Shown: in pieces, positions 9,245-18,896 of the stretch
How positions within the stretch are numbered: the first letter of the stretch is position 1
Layout: the number at the start of each line of letters is the position of its first letter
Virus record (IMG/VR): IMGVR_UViG_3300033233_000001
Coordinates: 62,001-126,000 of that record
Direction: 5' to 3' (one strand)
DNA length: 64,000 bases
Program-made: the position numbers and the translations under genes
Notes under the pieces: generated by a model
Databases searched by the model: none
What the model was told of the DNA's origin: nothing
Seen by the model: the letters and a program-made list of their open reading frames with translations, nothing else

Positions 9245-9538
9245 ATGAGCCAGAAGATCCGCCCGCTGAACGATCGAGTCGTCGTACGTCGCGAAAAGCC
9301 GCAGGAGAAGAGTGCCGGCGGCATTTTCATCCCCGACTCGGCGAAGGAAAAGCCGCTGGAGGTCATCGTCGTGGCCGTCGGTCCCGGCCGTTTCGTCGAA
9401 GGGCACGGGCGCGTCGAGCCCAGCGTGAAGACCGGCGACCGCGTGCTCATCGGCAAGTACACCGGCGTCGAGGCCCTGATCGACGGGGTCGAGCACCTGG
9501 TCGTCCGTGAGGACGACATCGTCGGCGTGCTCGGGTAG
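9245..9538 (+). CDS. groES: co-chaperonin GroES (Cpn10)
   Basis: IRPLNDRVVV, GGIFIPDSAKEKP, VAVGPG, VKTGDRVL..KYTG; GAGGAG RBS. Confidence 0.97.
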   Translation: MSQKIRPLNDRVVVRREKPQEKSAGGIFIPDSAKEKPLEVIVVAVGPGRFVEGHGRVEPSVKTGDRVLIGKYTGVEALIDGVEHLVVREDDIVGVLG

Positions 9539-9780
9539 ACCACGCGCATCGGCATCGGGATCCCAGAGGATCGACACGTCAGACCGATCTGACGATCAGC
9601 CTGCCGCGTCCGGGCGCCTCGTGGGCGACGCACCAGACTGGATTCCCGACCGAAGTCGGCCCACGAACCTTCGCGAGCGTGCGGAGCATCCTCGCGTTCG
9701 TGCCCGTCGAGGGGCACACGGCATCGTAGCACGCGAGCGAGCGTCTTGCCTTTCGGGTTCCAGTGCGCGAAACTCCGGCA

Positions 9781-10383
9781 ATGCCGACGCTACAACTTCC
9801 GGCGTACACGCCGGCCCTCTACCTGCCGGGCTCCTACGGCCGGTACTGGACGTACAACCCGTTCGCCCCGTACAACACGACGACCCCGATCCCAGGGGCC
9901 GGCTACAGGCCTGCGCGACTCCGTTGGGGCGAGCAGGAACTCAACTTGGACGGCGCACGGCCTGGCAAGCGCTACGTCTACGGGAACTACGCTCGTGGCG
10001 GCGGCGTGCCGCTGCTCGGACTCGGCGGCTACCTCGGGCAGACGCCGTCGACGGTTCCGGCAGTCGCTCAAGTGACGCCGGAAGAGTCGGAGTCTGCGTT
10101 TGCGAAGTTCGCGACGATCGCTCGCCGCATCTGGGGCGAGCCCGCGCCGATCGTCCACTACTCGCCGCGGTCGGCAACGGCCGGCGGCTCGACGACGTTG
10201 CAGTTCGGTCAAGGCGTGCCGGCGATCAACTACGGCGCGCTCGTCGACTACGCGAAGATCACGGCGGTCGGTACCTTCATTGGGGTCCCGGTTGCGGCCG
10301 CGCTCGGTGCATGGGTGATGCACCGTTCGATGGCCAAGAAGACGGCGACGGCGAACCGTAGTCGACGCCGGAGGCGCCGGTGA
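9781..10383 (+). CDS. membrane protein with GLG motif and Arg-rich C-terminus (putative structural)
   Basis: LLGLGGYLGQ; C-terminal TM; ANRSRRRRRR. Confidence 0.7.
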   Translation: MPTLQLPAYTPALYLPGSYGRYWTYNPFAPYNTTTPIPGAGYRPARLRWGEQELNLDGARPGKRYVYGNYARGGGVPLLGLGGYLGQTPSTVPAVAQVTPEESESAFAKFATIARRIWGEPAPIVHYSPRSATAGGSTTLQFGQGVPAINYGALVDYAKITAVGTFIGVPVAAALGAWVMHRSMAKKTATANRSRRRRRR

Positions 10384-10790
10384 GCGCAGCGACCACGCTT
10401 GCGATGCGGCCGATGACTCGACGGGCGTCGCTCGCTCGACGACGCGCACTCAACCTCGGCAACTACGACGGCGGTGACGGGCTCGGGCAGGTCACGGGCC
10501 AGGACATCGGCAACGCCGCGACGCTGATCGCGGGACTCATCTCAAATCCCGATGCGACGCTTGCTGCGCGCGGTCCGGGTATCGTCAACGCGCTCGATCG
10601 GCACATCGTCGGTCCCGCGATGCGCACGACGATCCGACGCTACATTGTTCCGTACTTCGGGCCGCCGCTGCTCGTGCTCTATGTCCTCTCTGGGCTCAGC
10701 ATGTGGGCGAGTTACTCGGTGCTCCAAGAGTTCAGGGCTGGGAAGCTCAAGGCGAACCGCGGCCGACGGCGGAAGAGGCGAAGTCGATGA
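10380..10790 (+). CDS. membrane protein with GLGQ motif and Arg-rich C-terminus (putative structural)
   Basis: GDGLGQ; TM; ANRGRRRKRRSR. Confidence 0.7.
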   Translation: MSAATTLAMRPMTRRASLARRRALNLGNYDGGDGLGQVTGQDIGNAATLIAGLISNPDATLAARGPGIVNALDRHIVGPAMRTTIRRYIVPYFGPPLLVLYVLSGLSMWASYSVLQEFRAGKLKANRGRRRKRRSR

Positions 10791-11398
10791 GGCAGATCTC
10801 GAAGGACGGCGGCATCTTCGGTGGCCGCATGGGCGAGCGCGAGTGGAACGCGGGCCGCGCGCTGGAGCGCCGCGCCTCGATGGGCGAGGGCCGCTTCACG
10901 TCCGGCTCGGTCGACACCGAAGACCTCGCGCCGAAGACCTGGATTCTCTGGAAGCACGCAAGCAAGGGCTTGGAGATCTGCACTGTCGAGTGCGAGATTC
11001 ACCGCCAGCCGCGCGCGTCCGACCCGGGCGAAGCGGTCGCGATGCTCGTTGGGCAGTGCCCGGTATGCTATCGCGAGCACAAGAACCCGGACGGATCTCC
11101 GCAGGTCAACTACTTTCACGTGCGTGAAGACAACAAGGGAATGAGCCTTGATTGGGTCTCGTACGGCAAGCTGCCGCCGAGTCACCACCTCGCGGTCAAC
11201 TGGAAATGGCATGCTGAGCACAAGCTCGGCCGAGCCCCGATGTCGGACGACAAGATCGCGATGGTGTCGAGTCCAGAGCGCTGGATTTGCGACTACTGTC
11301 ATTCGTGGTGCGTGAAGGTTACCGATTCGATCGCCATCACGGATACGACCGGCGCGACGGTCCTGGTCATGGATATGAAGGCAGCGGCGCCGAAGTGA
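10787..11398 (+). CDS. Zn-binding hypothetical protein
   Basis: CPVC and CDYC pairs; ATGA overlap. Confidence 0.65.
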   Translation: MRQISKDGGIFGGRMGEREWNAGRALERRASMGEGRFTSGSVDTEDLAPKTWILWKHASKGLEICTVECEIHRQPRASDPGEAVAMLVGQCPVCYREHKNPDGSPQVNYFHVREDNKGMSLDWVSYGKLPPSHHLAVNWKWHAEHKLGRAPMSDDKIAMVSSPERWICDYCHSWCVKVTDSIAITDTTGATVLVMDMKAAAPK

Positions 11399-11823
11399 GC
11401 TATCGGGCTCCACTTCCGCCAGTCCGGCCGGGGCCAATCCCGCAGGTGCATCCGAGCCAGCAGATACCTCCGACGGAGCGGTTCTATCCGCTCTCGCTCG
11501 CACAGACGCCGTCGACACTCGCACAGCCTGCGAGCGGCTGGGACACGCGCACGCTGATGCTGCTTCTCGCGGCTGCTGCTGTCGGCATCTGGCTCTGGCA
11601 GCGGTTCTTCGCCAAGAAGAAGAAGGTCGCGCGCAACGAGGCTCTGTACCTCACGACCGAGGGGCCGCTGCGAGGCCTCGATCGGGCACGTAAGCGCATG
11701 GCCACGAGCGCCAAGCTCCTGATGTCTGAGGGGCACGAGGGCGCCGCGAAAGACCTCGAAGAGATCGGCGCGATGCTCGCGGAGTTCACGCGTCGGACGC
11801 GAGAGCAGACGCTGGAGGACTGA
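11395..11823 (+). CDS. single-TM hypothetical protein (MSYRAP...)
   Basis: GTGA overlap; TM followed by KKKK. Confidence 0.65.
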   Translation: MSYRAPLPPVRPGPIPQVHPSQQIPPTERFYPLSLAQTPSTLAQPASGWDTRTLMLLLAAAAVGIWLWQRFFAKKKKVARNEALYLTTEGPLRGLDRARKRMATSAKLLMSEGHEGAAKDLEEIGAMLAEFTRRTREQTLED

Positions 11824-11825
11824 CG

Positions 11826-12146
11826 ATGGACATCGCGGCGCTCGACCAGGCGATGATGGAGGCGGCCGGCGCCGCCGAAGACCCTAGCGACCCTGAGCGG
11901 TCCGCTCGCGTCGCAGCAGCCGAGGCGCTAGCGATTGAGTACGTGAGGCAGTGGTTTTCGGATCTGAAATGGGCCGGACGACAGCTTGAGTCGGATCCGG
12001 TCGTGACCTGCGTCGATGTTGGCCCCAGCGATGTCATCGTCGCGATCGACGCGAAGCGGCTTCCGGATGGGTTCGAGAGCCGCGCCTCCACGCAGCACTT
12101 CGTCATATGCGTGCGCGGCGACAAGATTCTCTGGCGTCACTCCTAG
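11826..12146 (+). CDS. hypothetical protein
   Basis: GGAGG RBS. Confidence 0.65.
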   Translation: MDIAALDQAMMEAAGAAEDPSDPERSARVAAAEALAIEYVRQWFSDLKWAGRQLESDPVVTCVDVGPSDVIVAIDAKRLPDGFESRASTQHFVICVRGDKILWRHS

Positions 12147-12149
12147 CCG

Positions 12150-12779
12150 ATGCCGCGTCTTCCTCCGGTCTGGAAGCCGCACCAGGCGGTCGTTCTCGGC
12201 ATCGACGTCGCGGCCACAAGCGGCTGGGCCATCTGGAAGCCCGGCACGCTGCTGGTCGGCACCGTGCACGACCGAATCGGTGCCGAGGCCGTTCGGTGCA
12301 GTGTCGTCGAGAGCGCGATCGAAGAAGCGCAGGCGTGCGGGCTTGGGCTCATCGTGGTCGCCGAGAAGTGGACCGCCGGTAGCGCGGTACGCGACGGCCG
12401 CATGAACGCCTCGACGCTGCTCGGTCTCGGCGGCGCGTGGCGTGACTGGCAGCGCGTGCTCGTCGAGTACAGGGTGCCTCGAAAGCGCATCCTGCGCGTA
12501 AACGTGAAGACGTGGCAGGGCGCGATGCTCAAGGGCCTCGGCGCGCGCCGGTCGGAGCAGCTGAAAGCGGCCGCGAGGCTCGTCGTGTCTTCGCGGTTCC
12601 CGGCGCTCGGCAAGGTCGATCTCACGTCCGACGCGTACGACGCTGGCTGCATCGCGCTCTGGGCAAGCCAGAGCGGCGAGGTCGGCGCGGCGCTCGCGGC
12701 GAGTCGCGCATGGCCCGGAAGGATTCGGATCCGAAATCCGCTGTCAGAAGATCTTGCTCCTGTCGGACAGTTACGATAG
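12150..12779 (+). CDS. RuvC-like Holliday junction resolvase (phage type)
   Basis: VLGIDVAATSGWAI, central E, W-x-x-x-M/L helix, C-terminal DAYDA. Confidence 0.75.
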   Translation: MPRLPPVWKPHQAVVLGIDVAATSGWAIWKPGTLLVGTVHDRIGAEAVRCSVVESAIEEAQACGLGLIVVAEKWTAGSAVRDGRMNASTLLGLGGAWRDWQRVLVEYRVPRKRILRVNVKTWQGAMLKGLGARRSEQLKAAARLVVSSRFPALGKVDLTSDAYDAGCIALWASQSGEVGAALAASRAWPGRIRIRNPLSEDLAPVGQLR

Positions 12780-12791
12780 GGTCCGATCCCG

Positions 12792-14231
12792 ATGTCAGAC
12801 ACCACGCCGAGTCCAGCGCCTGTGCCGGATGTTCCGCTCCCGCTGTCCGAGAAGAAGGAGGAGGCGGCGGAGATCGCGATCGCCAAGAACGTCTACCAGC
12901 CGGCGAGTCCGGAGTTCAAGGCCGTACACGAGGCTCTGAACGAGCAGATGACGGGCGACGTCGCCTCTCGTGTCGGTTACCAGTACGTGGCCGAGCCAGC
13001 CGAGGGCCACGACGTCGTTGGCCTCTGGCATACGTACCCGTGTGGCACGCGCAGCGGCTACGCGGCGCACGCGGTCGCGCTGCACTCGGCGCTGGAAGCG
13101 CTCGGCATCCCGACGATGCTCGCACCGCATCCGTCGATGGAGATCGACATCACGAAGTTTCCGGATGACCGGGAAGAGATGCAGATGCGGTGGATCAAGA
13201 CCGCGGTCGGCATTCCGAAGGCGTTCATCGCGAGCTTTCCGCCCGACCTCAACGCCGCGCGCGCGCTGAATCTCGGCGTACCGAGTTTCGTCCCCTACGT
13301 CGCTTTCGAGGCGCTGCCGATGAGCGAGTACGCCACGCGCCTGTGCGCGTCGCCCGCGATGACGCAGATCTGGTGCGTCAGTGACTTCACGCGGCGCTGC
13401 TACGCGGCATCCGGCGTCGATCCTGCCAAGCTCCGCGTCGTCCGACCCGCCGTCTGCGATGGCCCATGGGCCGCGATGGCGCAGCAGCGGCCCTCGCGCT
13501 CCGACGGCCCGTTCGTCTTCGGCGTGAACGGCACTTGGCACGAGCGAAAGGGCTTCCATAACCTCGTACGCGCGTACTTTTCGGCGTTCAGCCGGAAGGA
13601 CGACGTGGTGCTTGCGATCCGCACGAGCTACTTCGGCGAGGGCCGAAATCAGCCGCTGCTCATGGACTTCGAGCGTCAGGTGCTCGGTCAGATCGGAACG
13701 CTCAAGCTCGACTTCCAGAAGCCCGACTGGGAGTCGCCGCGGATCAAACTCTTGAGCGGCACGGGCATCACTGACGCGGCCCTCGCCGAGTGGCTTGGCA
13801 AACTCGACTGCTACGTCAATCCCAGTTTCGGCGAGGGCCTCGGTATCCCGGTCATCTGGGCAGCTGCGCAGGGCGTGCCGATCGTGACCAGCGACTTCGG
13901 CGCGGTCGGCGATCTCGCGCGCGAGTGTTCCGGCATGGCCGACGTCGGCATGTCGTTCCGCACGTTCCCGAGCAAACTCGTGCCGGTCCCGCGCGAGATG
14001 CTCAAGCACAGCGCGCTTCTCAGTCGACAGTCCCAGTGGGGAGGCTACGAGGTGCCGGCGCTTGCCGAGCAGATGCGCGCGGCGTTCGACGCGGGACGCA
14101 TCCGTAGCGTTGAGACAGCTGCCGAGGTCAGGCGGCAGTTCTCGTTCGAGGCGACGCGTCCGGCGCTGCTCTCGGCTGTACGCTCGCTCGCCGACGCCGA
14201 AACGCTAGCCGGCTGGGGGGTCTCGTCGTGA
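12792..14231 (+). CDS. glycosyltransferase family 4 (GT-B)
   Basis: SGY, ERKG, DCYVNPSFGEGLGIP. Confidence 0.9.
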   Translation: MSDTTPSPAPVPDVPLPLSEKKEEAAEIAIAKNVYQPASPEFKAVHEALNEQMTGDVASRVGYQYVAEPAEGHDVVGLWHTYPCGTRSGYAAHAVALHSALEALGIPTMLAPHPSMEIDITKFPDDREEMQMRWIKTAVGIPKAFIASFPPDLNAARALNLGVPSFVPYVAFEALPMSEYATRLCASPAMTQIWCVSDFTRRCYAASGVDPAKLRVVRPAVCDGPWAAMAQQRPSRSDGPFVFGVNGTWHERKGFHNLVRAYFSAFSRKDDVVLAIRTSYFGEGRNQPLLMDFERQVLGQIGTLKLDFQKPDWESPRIKLLSGTGITDAALAEWLGKLDCYVNPSFGEGLGIPVIWAAAQGVPIVTSDFGAVGDLARECSGMADVGMSFRTFPSKLVPVPREMLKHSALLSRQSQWGGYEVPALAEQMRAAFDAGRIRSVETAAEVRRQFSFEATRPALLSAVRSLADAETLAGWGVSS

Positions 14232-15319
14232 TCGATGTCGTCGGGTACTTCGGGTCGCGTCTGAGCTACGCGACGGTCGGGACGCAGCTGTGTCGCGCGC
14301 TTGAACGCGCCGGCCGGCTCGGTTCGGTGACGAATCTCGACGCGAAGTGGCTTCCGGACTTGGCTGACCTGGAAGCAGCGTCCACACGGAAGCAGAGTCA
14401 GCATGTTGTGCTCGTCGCCGATGCGCGCGAGTGGCTCTTCGAGGCGTACTCATCGAGGTATGGCTCGAAGCGGATCGCCATCTTTTCGTCGCCGAACACG
14501 GACAGCCTCGACAAGGAGCGCTCGCTCGTCGCGGGGCGCGTTGGTCTCGTGCTCGTGCCGTCTCGGTGGTGCGAGGGCACGGTGCAGCGCGCGGCGAAGA
14601 AGCATGGCATCGACGCACCGGCATGGGTGCTGCGCGTGCCACTCGGTGTCGAGCCGTGCTGGATGAGGGTGTCCGAGAACAGGCGGCCAGGAGAGCGCGT
14701 ACGCTTTCTGCATCTCGCGACCGATTTTGCTTGGCCAGGTCGGAAGGGCACCGAAGAGCTTCTGCTTGCTTGGGGCCGCGTACGGAACGCACTCGCCGGA
14801 CGTGCGGAGCTTCTGGTGCACGTCCCGATGGAGATCTACGAGGGGGTTCACTATGCGGTGGCCGACCTGGACCTGCGTGACGTGACCGTTGAGATAGGAC
14901 AGGATGGCGGCAGCACCGAGGGCGACCTCGCAAAGCTCTACGAACAGGCCGACGTGCTAGTGCAGCCGTCGCGCTGCGAGGGTTTCGGCATGATGATGCT
15001 CGCCGCGTGCGTCTCGCAGACGCCGCTAGTCGCGACATACGCGACTGGCCAGACAGATTTCCTGTCGGAGATGTACGGCTGGCTTGGCGTAGCAACGAGT
15101 GATCGACTTGCCCCGATGCCGTTCGAGGAAGGCGATGCGCCGGTGGTAGAGCCGGACACGTTGGCGCCGCTGTTAATCGCGGCATCGTGTGCCCCGGTTC
15201 TCTCGTGGCTTCAGGAGAGAGCAAAGCGCAACGAGGAGCGCTCGATGCAGTGGTGCTGGGAGTTTGCGATGGGCGACTGGCTTGATGGTCTCGAACGATG
15301 GCGGAAGGAAACGGCATGA
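14228..15319 (+). CDS. glycosyltransferase family 4 (GT-B)
   Basis: GRKG, ADVLVQPSRCEGFG. Confidence 0.9.
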   Translation: MIDVVGYFGSRLSYATVGTQLCRALERAGRLGSVTNLDAKWLPDLADLEAASTRKQSQHVVLVADAREWLFEAYSSRYGSKRIAIFSSPNTDSLDKERSLVAGRVGLVLVPSRWCEGTVQRAAKKHGIDAPAWVLRVPLGVEPCWMRVSENRRPGERVRFLHLATDFAWPGRKGTEELLLAWGRVRNALAGRAELLVHVPMEIYEGVHYAVADLDLRDVTVEIGQDGGSTEGDLAKLYEQADVLVQPSRCEGFGMMMLAACVSQTPLVATYATGQTDFLSEMYGWLGVATSDRLAPMPFEEGDAPVVEPDTLAPLLIAASCAPVLSWLQERAKRNEERSMQWCWEFAMGDWLDGLERWRKETA

Positions 15320-15606
15320 GCGGCAGCACTATGGGACCCTATCTTCGTCGTATCGGCAGTGGCCCGGTCGAGGTGATGCTCCGCGTGCAGGACTTCACGA
15401 TGCGTGCGGACCCGGCGAAGGGCATTGGTGGCGCCGGCCAGGAACTCGTCGCGTTCGTCGCGAATGACTTTCGCGAGGCCGGTGAGGATGTCTGGGAGTT
15501 CGATGTCGTGGAAGAAACGGCGGACGGTAAGCGCCGGCAGCTGCGTATCGGCGTGCTCGGCAATGACATCGTCATCGTACGCTCAGAAAGTCGCGTGGCA
15601 TCGTGA
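15316..15606 (+). CDS. hypothetical protein
   Basis: ATGA overlap. Confidence 0.6.
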   Translation: MSGSTMGPYLRRIGSGPVEVMLRVQDFTMRADPAKGIGGAGQELVAFVANDFREAGEDVWEFDVVEETADGKRRQLRIGVLGNDIVIVRSESRVAS

Positions 15607-15812
15607 GCGATCTCGACGAAAAGGCCACCGACGTCCGTGTTACGTTTCGGACGCACAGGTCGCGGGTCGAGAAGCTGCACCGCGTAGCCGAGGCGCACGA
15701 CTTGAAGGTCGGCATTCGGTACAGCATCGGCGCTGCGATCAACTACGTTGTCGACCAACATCGCGACGAGCGGCCGAAGAAGAAAGCCACACGAAAGGCG
15801 AAGAAGTCATGA
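15603..15812 (+). CDS. small basic protein, possibly ribbon-helix-helix DNA binder
   Basis: VRVTFR strand followed by two helices. Confidence 0.5.
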   Translation: MSDLDEKATDVRVTFRTHRSRVEKLHRVAEAHDLKVGIRYSIGAAINYVVDQHRDERPKKKATRKAKKS

Positions 15813-16393
15813 TCGACGAGAAGGACATCAAGATCTACGACGACGTACCACGGACTGCGATGGTCGTGCGCGGCAAGGAAGAAGCGAAGGCTGCCCTCGT
15901 CCGCTTGCGCGGGGATCAGGTCCCGAACGAGTGCCTCTTTTGCTGCATCATGTGCGGCTGGGAGAAGACGGTCCGCTTCGATGAGGACGAGCTTGCCGCC
16001 ATGGACGGCAACGTCGAGAACTACAGCGGTCCGTGCCCGGGCTTCGCAAAGGACGCGAACGGCGAGTCGGTCTACGAGAAGGACGACGCGGGCGAGTTCC
16101 TGCTCGATGCGATGGGGGCCAAGATTCCCATTCCCTGCCAGCAGATGACGCTGCTGCCGAAGCGTAACATGGGCGCTGGCGAGTTCACGCCGGGAGAGCA
16201 GGTCGCGAAGCGCCAGAAGATGCGCGAGCTTCGCGAGGCCGCCGAGGTCAACGCCGACGTGCTGGTCGACAAGGTCATCCAGGCCGTGGCTAGCGGCGGA
16301 GCGGCCGTCGCTCCACCGCAGTCCGAGATCGTGCAGCCAGCCTCGCCGGCCGAGCCGGCCGTACCGACCGAAGCGCCGAAGCCAAGCGAGTAG
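15809..16393 (+). CDS. Zn-binding hypothetical protein
   Basis: CIMCG, CP..C; ATGA overlap. Confidence 0.65.
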   Translation: MIDEKDIKIYDDVPRTAMVVRGKEEAKAALVRLRGDQVPNECLFCCIMCGWEKTVRFDEDELAAMDGNVENYSGPCPGFAKDANGESVYEKDDAGEFLLDAMGAKIPIPCQQMTLLPKRNMGAGEFTPGEQVAKRQKMRELREAAEVNADVLVDKVIQAVASGGAAVAPPQSEIVQPASPAEPAVPTEAPKPSE

Positions 16394-16396
16394 CCA

Positions 16397-17068
16397 GTGC
16401 GGCACGCGGTCGTCCTGTCGAGCTTCAACCGCCCGACGATGGTCACCAAGGCCATCCGGTCGGTGCGGGTACAGTCTCGTCCGTTCCAGTTGATCGTTAC
16501 CGACGACGGCTCGAACGAGGAGACGCGACGCGCTGTCGTCGCGGCGTTCGCTGGTGACAAGCAGTGCCGTGTCATCTACTCGGGCCGTCCGCGCGAAGGC
16601 GAGCTAGCGGACCCGGCGATCCGCGCGGTGATGTGCATCAACGACGCGATCGGCCTCATCGATGCCGATCTCGTCCACTACCTTCCGGACGACGACTGGT
16701 TCGCCGCAGGACGCTTTGCCGCTTTCGAGCGCTTCTTTGAGGCCCATCCGATGGCGGACGTCGCGTACGGGCGCCTGAAGTACGTCGAGAACGACAAGGT
16801 GACCGGCGAGCTATACCTCGGGCGCGTGCTGGTCGATCCGATCTGTCGCGTCGACCACGGCCAGTTTTGCCATCGCTTCTCGTGCTTTCGCAACGCGCCG
16901 GAGTGGCCAGCGACTGCCGGCGACTACGCGTTCGACGCGGCGTACTTCCGCAAGCTCATCGCCGCTGGCTACTCGTTCTATCCGATCGAAGAGGTCGTGA
17001 ACTACAAGCGACGTCACGAGAAGAATCTACAGAACACCGGCACTTCCAGCATCAACGAGCGTGAGTGA
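16397..17068 (+). CDS. glycosyltransferase family 2
   Basis: SFNRP, IVTDDGS, YLPDDD. Confidence 0.9.
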   Translation: MRHAVVLSSFNRPTMVTKAIRSVRVQSRPFQLIVTDDGSNEETRRAVVAAFAGDKQCRVIYSGRPREGELADPAIRAVMCINDAIGLIDADLVHYLPDDDWFAAGRFAAFERFFEAHPMADVAYGRLKYVENDKVTGELYLGRVLVDPICRVDHGQFCHRFSCFRNAPEWPATAGDYAFDAAYFRKLIAAGYSFYPIEEVVNYKRRHEKNLQNTGTSSINERE

Positions 17069-17742
17069 TGCGACTTACTCTTGGCTGCCCGACGCTGCGT
17101 CGCTACGATCTGCTTGCCGGGATGATCCGGTCGGCTGTCGCAGGGTCGCGTACGCCAGACCGTTACTACATCATCGACAACGGCGGCGGTTTGATGGCGA
17201 ACGGGACGCCAGATTTCGTGCAGCCGGAGATGGTGATCGGCGTGCCGAGTGAAAACCTCGGCTGTGCGGGCTCGTGGAACAAGATGGGGCACGTCATGCT
17301 GCTGACCGATGACGACGCCCTGCTCATTGCCGCCGATGACATCCTCTTCGAGTGCGACACGATCGGAGAAATGCTGCACGCCATGGAGACCGAGGACGTC
17401 GACTTCGTGACCGCGAAGCCGGGCGGGTTCTCCTGCTTCATGGTCCGCAAGCGGCTCTTCGACAAGGTAGGCTACTTCGACGAGCAGTTCTGGCCAGCGT
17501 ACTTCGAGGACAACGACTTCCATCGCAGGATGCAGCTGTCTGGCATCTGCAAGGAGGCCGAGGTCGACGCGCAGTACGAACACGTCAACAAGGGGAGCCA
17601 GACCGTGGCTTCGTTCAATCGCGCGGAGAAGCACGAGCATAATCAGCGCTTCGAGAAGAACCGAGACCGGTACGTCGCAAAGTGGGGCGGTCTTCCGCAC
17701 GAAGAGAAGTTCGACGAGCCGTACAACGGACTGGCCGAGTGA
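17065..17742 (+). CDS. glycosyltransferase family 2
   Basis: IIDNG, NLGCAGSWN, DD, VGYFDEQF.PAYFEDNDF. Confidence 0.9.
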   Translation: MMRLTLGCPTLRRYDLLAGMIRSAVAGSRTPDRYYIIDNGGGLMANGTPDFVQPEMVIGVPSENLGCAGSWNKMGHVMLLTDDDALLIAADDILFECDTIGEMLHAMETEDVDFVTAKPGGFSCFMVRKRLFDKVGYFDEQFWPAYFEDNDFHRRMQLSGICKEAEVDAQYEHVNKGSQTVASFNRAEKHEHNQRFEKNRDRYVAKWGGLPHEEKFDEPYNGLAE

Positions 17743-18896
17743 CCAAGAAGATCCAGCTGTTTGCGCCGCGGTACCATGTCGAGGAGACGCTGGCGGCAAT
17801 CCGCGAGTGCTTGGAAGTCGGCTGGACGGGTCTGGGCTTCAAGACTGACGAGTTCGAGCGCGCCTGGTGCGAATACACGCGACTGCCGCACGCGCACTTC
17901 GTAAACTCAGCGACCGCCGCGCTGCATATGGCGGTCGAGGGTCTGAAAGAGGCTGATGGCTGGAAGGACGGCGACGAGGTCGTTACTACGCCGATCTCTT
18001 TCGTCTCCACCAACCACGCGATCCTCTACGCGTCGCTGAAGCCGGTGTTTGCCGACGTCGACAAGTACACGTTGAACCTGTCTCCGGAGGGCGTACGCGC
18101 CGCGATTACGGACAGGACGCGGGCGGTCATGTTCGTCGGGATGGGCGGGAACGCAGCGTACTTGGACGAGATCAGCACTCTGTGCAAGGAGCGCAACCTG
18201 CGACTGATCCTCGATGCGGCACACATGGCTGGCACGAGAGACCGAGGGCGGCATATCGGTCACGAGGCTGACGTCGCGTGTTTCAGCTTTCAGGCCGTGA
18301 AGAACCTGCCGACGGCCGACAGCGGAATGGTGTGCTTCGCCGACGCGACGCTCGACGCTTGGGCCAGGAAGTGGTCGTGGCTCGGCATCAACAAGAACAC
18401 CTACCAACGGACGGGTCAGCAGGGTAGCTATCGATGGGACTACGACGTCGAGCACGTGGGCCACAAGTACAACGGCAATAGCGTGATGGCGGCGATGGGT
18501 CTGGTGGCGCTAAAGTATCTCGACCGGGACAATGCGTATCGTCGGCAGCTGGCTGATTGGTACGACGGGCTGATGCCGCTGCGGATTCTCGACGACAACG
18601 TGCCCGCCGTCAGCCTCGTTGCGCATTGCGACGGCTCGTCGCGACATCTCTACCAGGCGATGGCCCACGACCGCGACGCGCTGATGGTGTTCCTGAACGC
18701 GAGCGACATCTATCCGGGCGTGCACTACAAGGACAATCGCAAGTACGGCATGTACGCGGACGCGGTCGATCGGTGTCCGAACGCGAGTGAGGTAAGCCGC
18801 AGCGTTGTGTCGCTGCCAATGCACCTCGACCTGTCGCGCGCGGACGTGGAACGGGTCGCGGAAGCGATCAGCGAGTTTTACGCGAGGCCGGCGTGA
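17739..18896 (+). CDS. DegT/DnrJ/EryC1/StrS PLP-dependent sugar aminotransferase
   Basis: NSATAALH, DAAH, FSFQAVKNLPTADSG. Confidence 0.95.
   Translation: MTKKIQLFAPRYHVEETLAAIRECLEVGWTGLGFKTDEFERAWCEYTRLPHAHFVNSATAALHMAVEGLKEADGWKDGDEVVTTPISFVSTNHAILYASLKPVFADVDKYTLNLSPEGVRAAITDRTRAVMFVGMGGNAAYLDEISTLCKERNLRLILDAAHMAGTRDRGRHIGHEADVACFSFQAVKNLPTADSGMVCFADATLDAWARKWSWLGINKNTYQRTGQQGSYRWDYDVEHVGHKYNGNSVMAAMGLVALKYLDRDNAYRRQLADWYDGLMPLRILDDNVPAVSLVAHCDGSSRHLYQAMAHDRDALMVFLNASDIYPGVHYKDNRKYGMYADAVDRCPNASEVSRSVVSLPMHLDLSRADVERVAEAISEFYARPA

Noticed and set aside
12150-12779. RuvC-like ORF as TnpB/Cas12
   Set aside because: Only 209 aa, no Zn finger or REC region, and 12 kb from the array; it fits a stand-alone resolvase.
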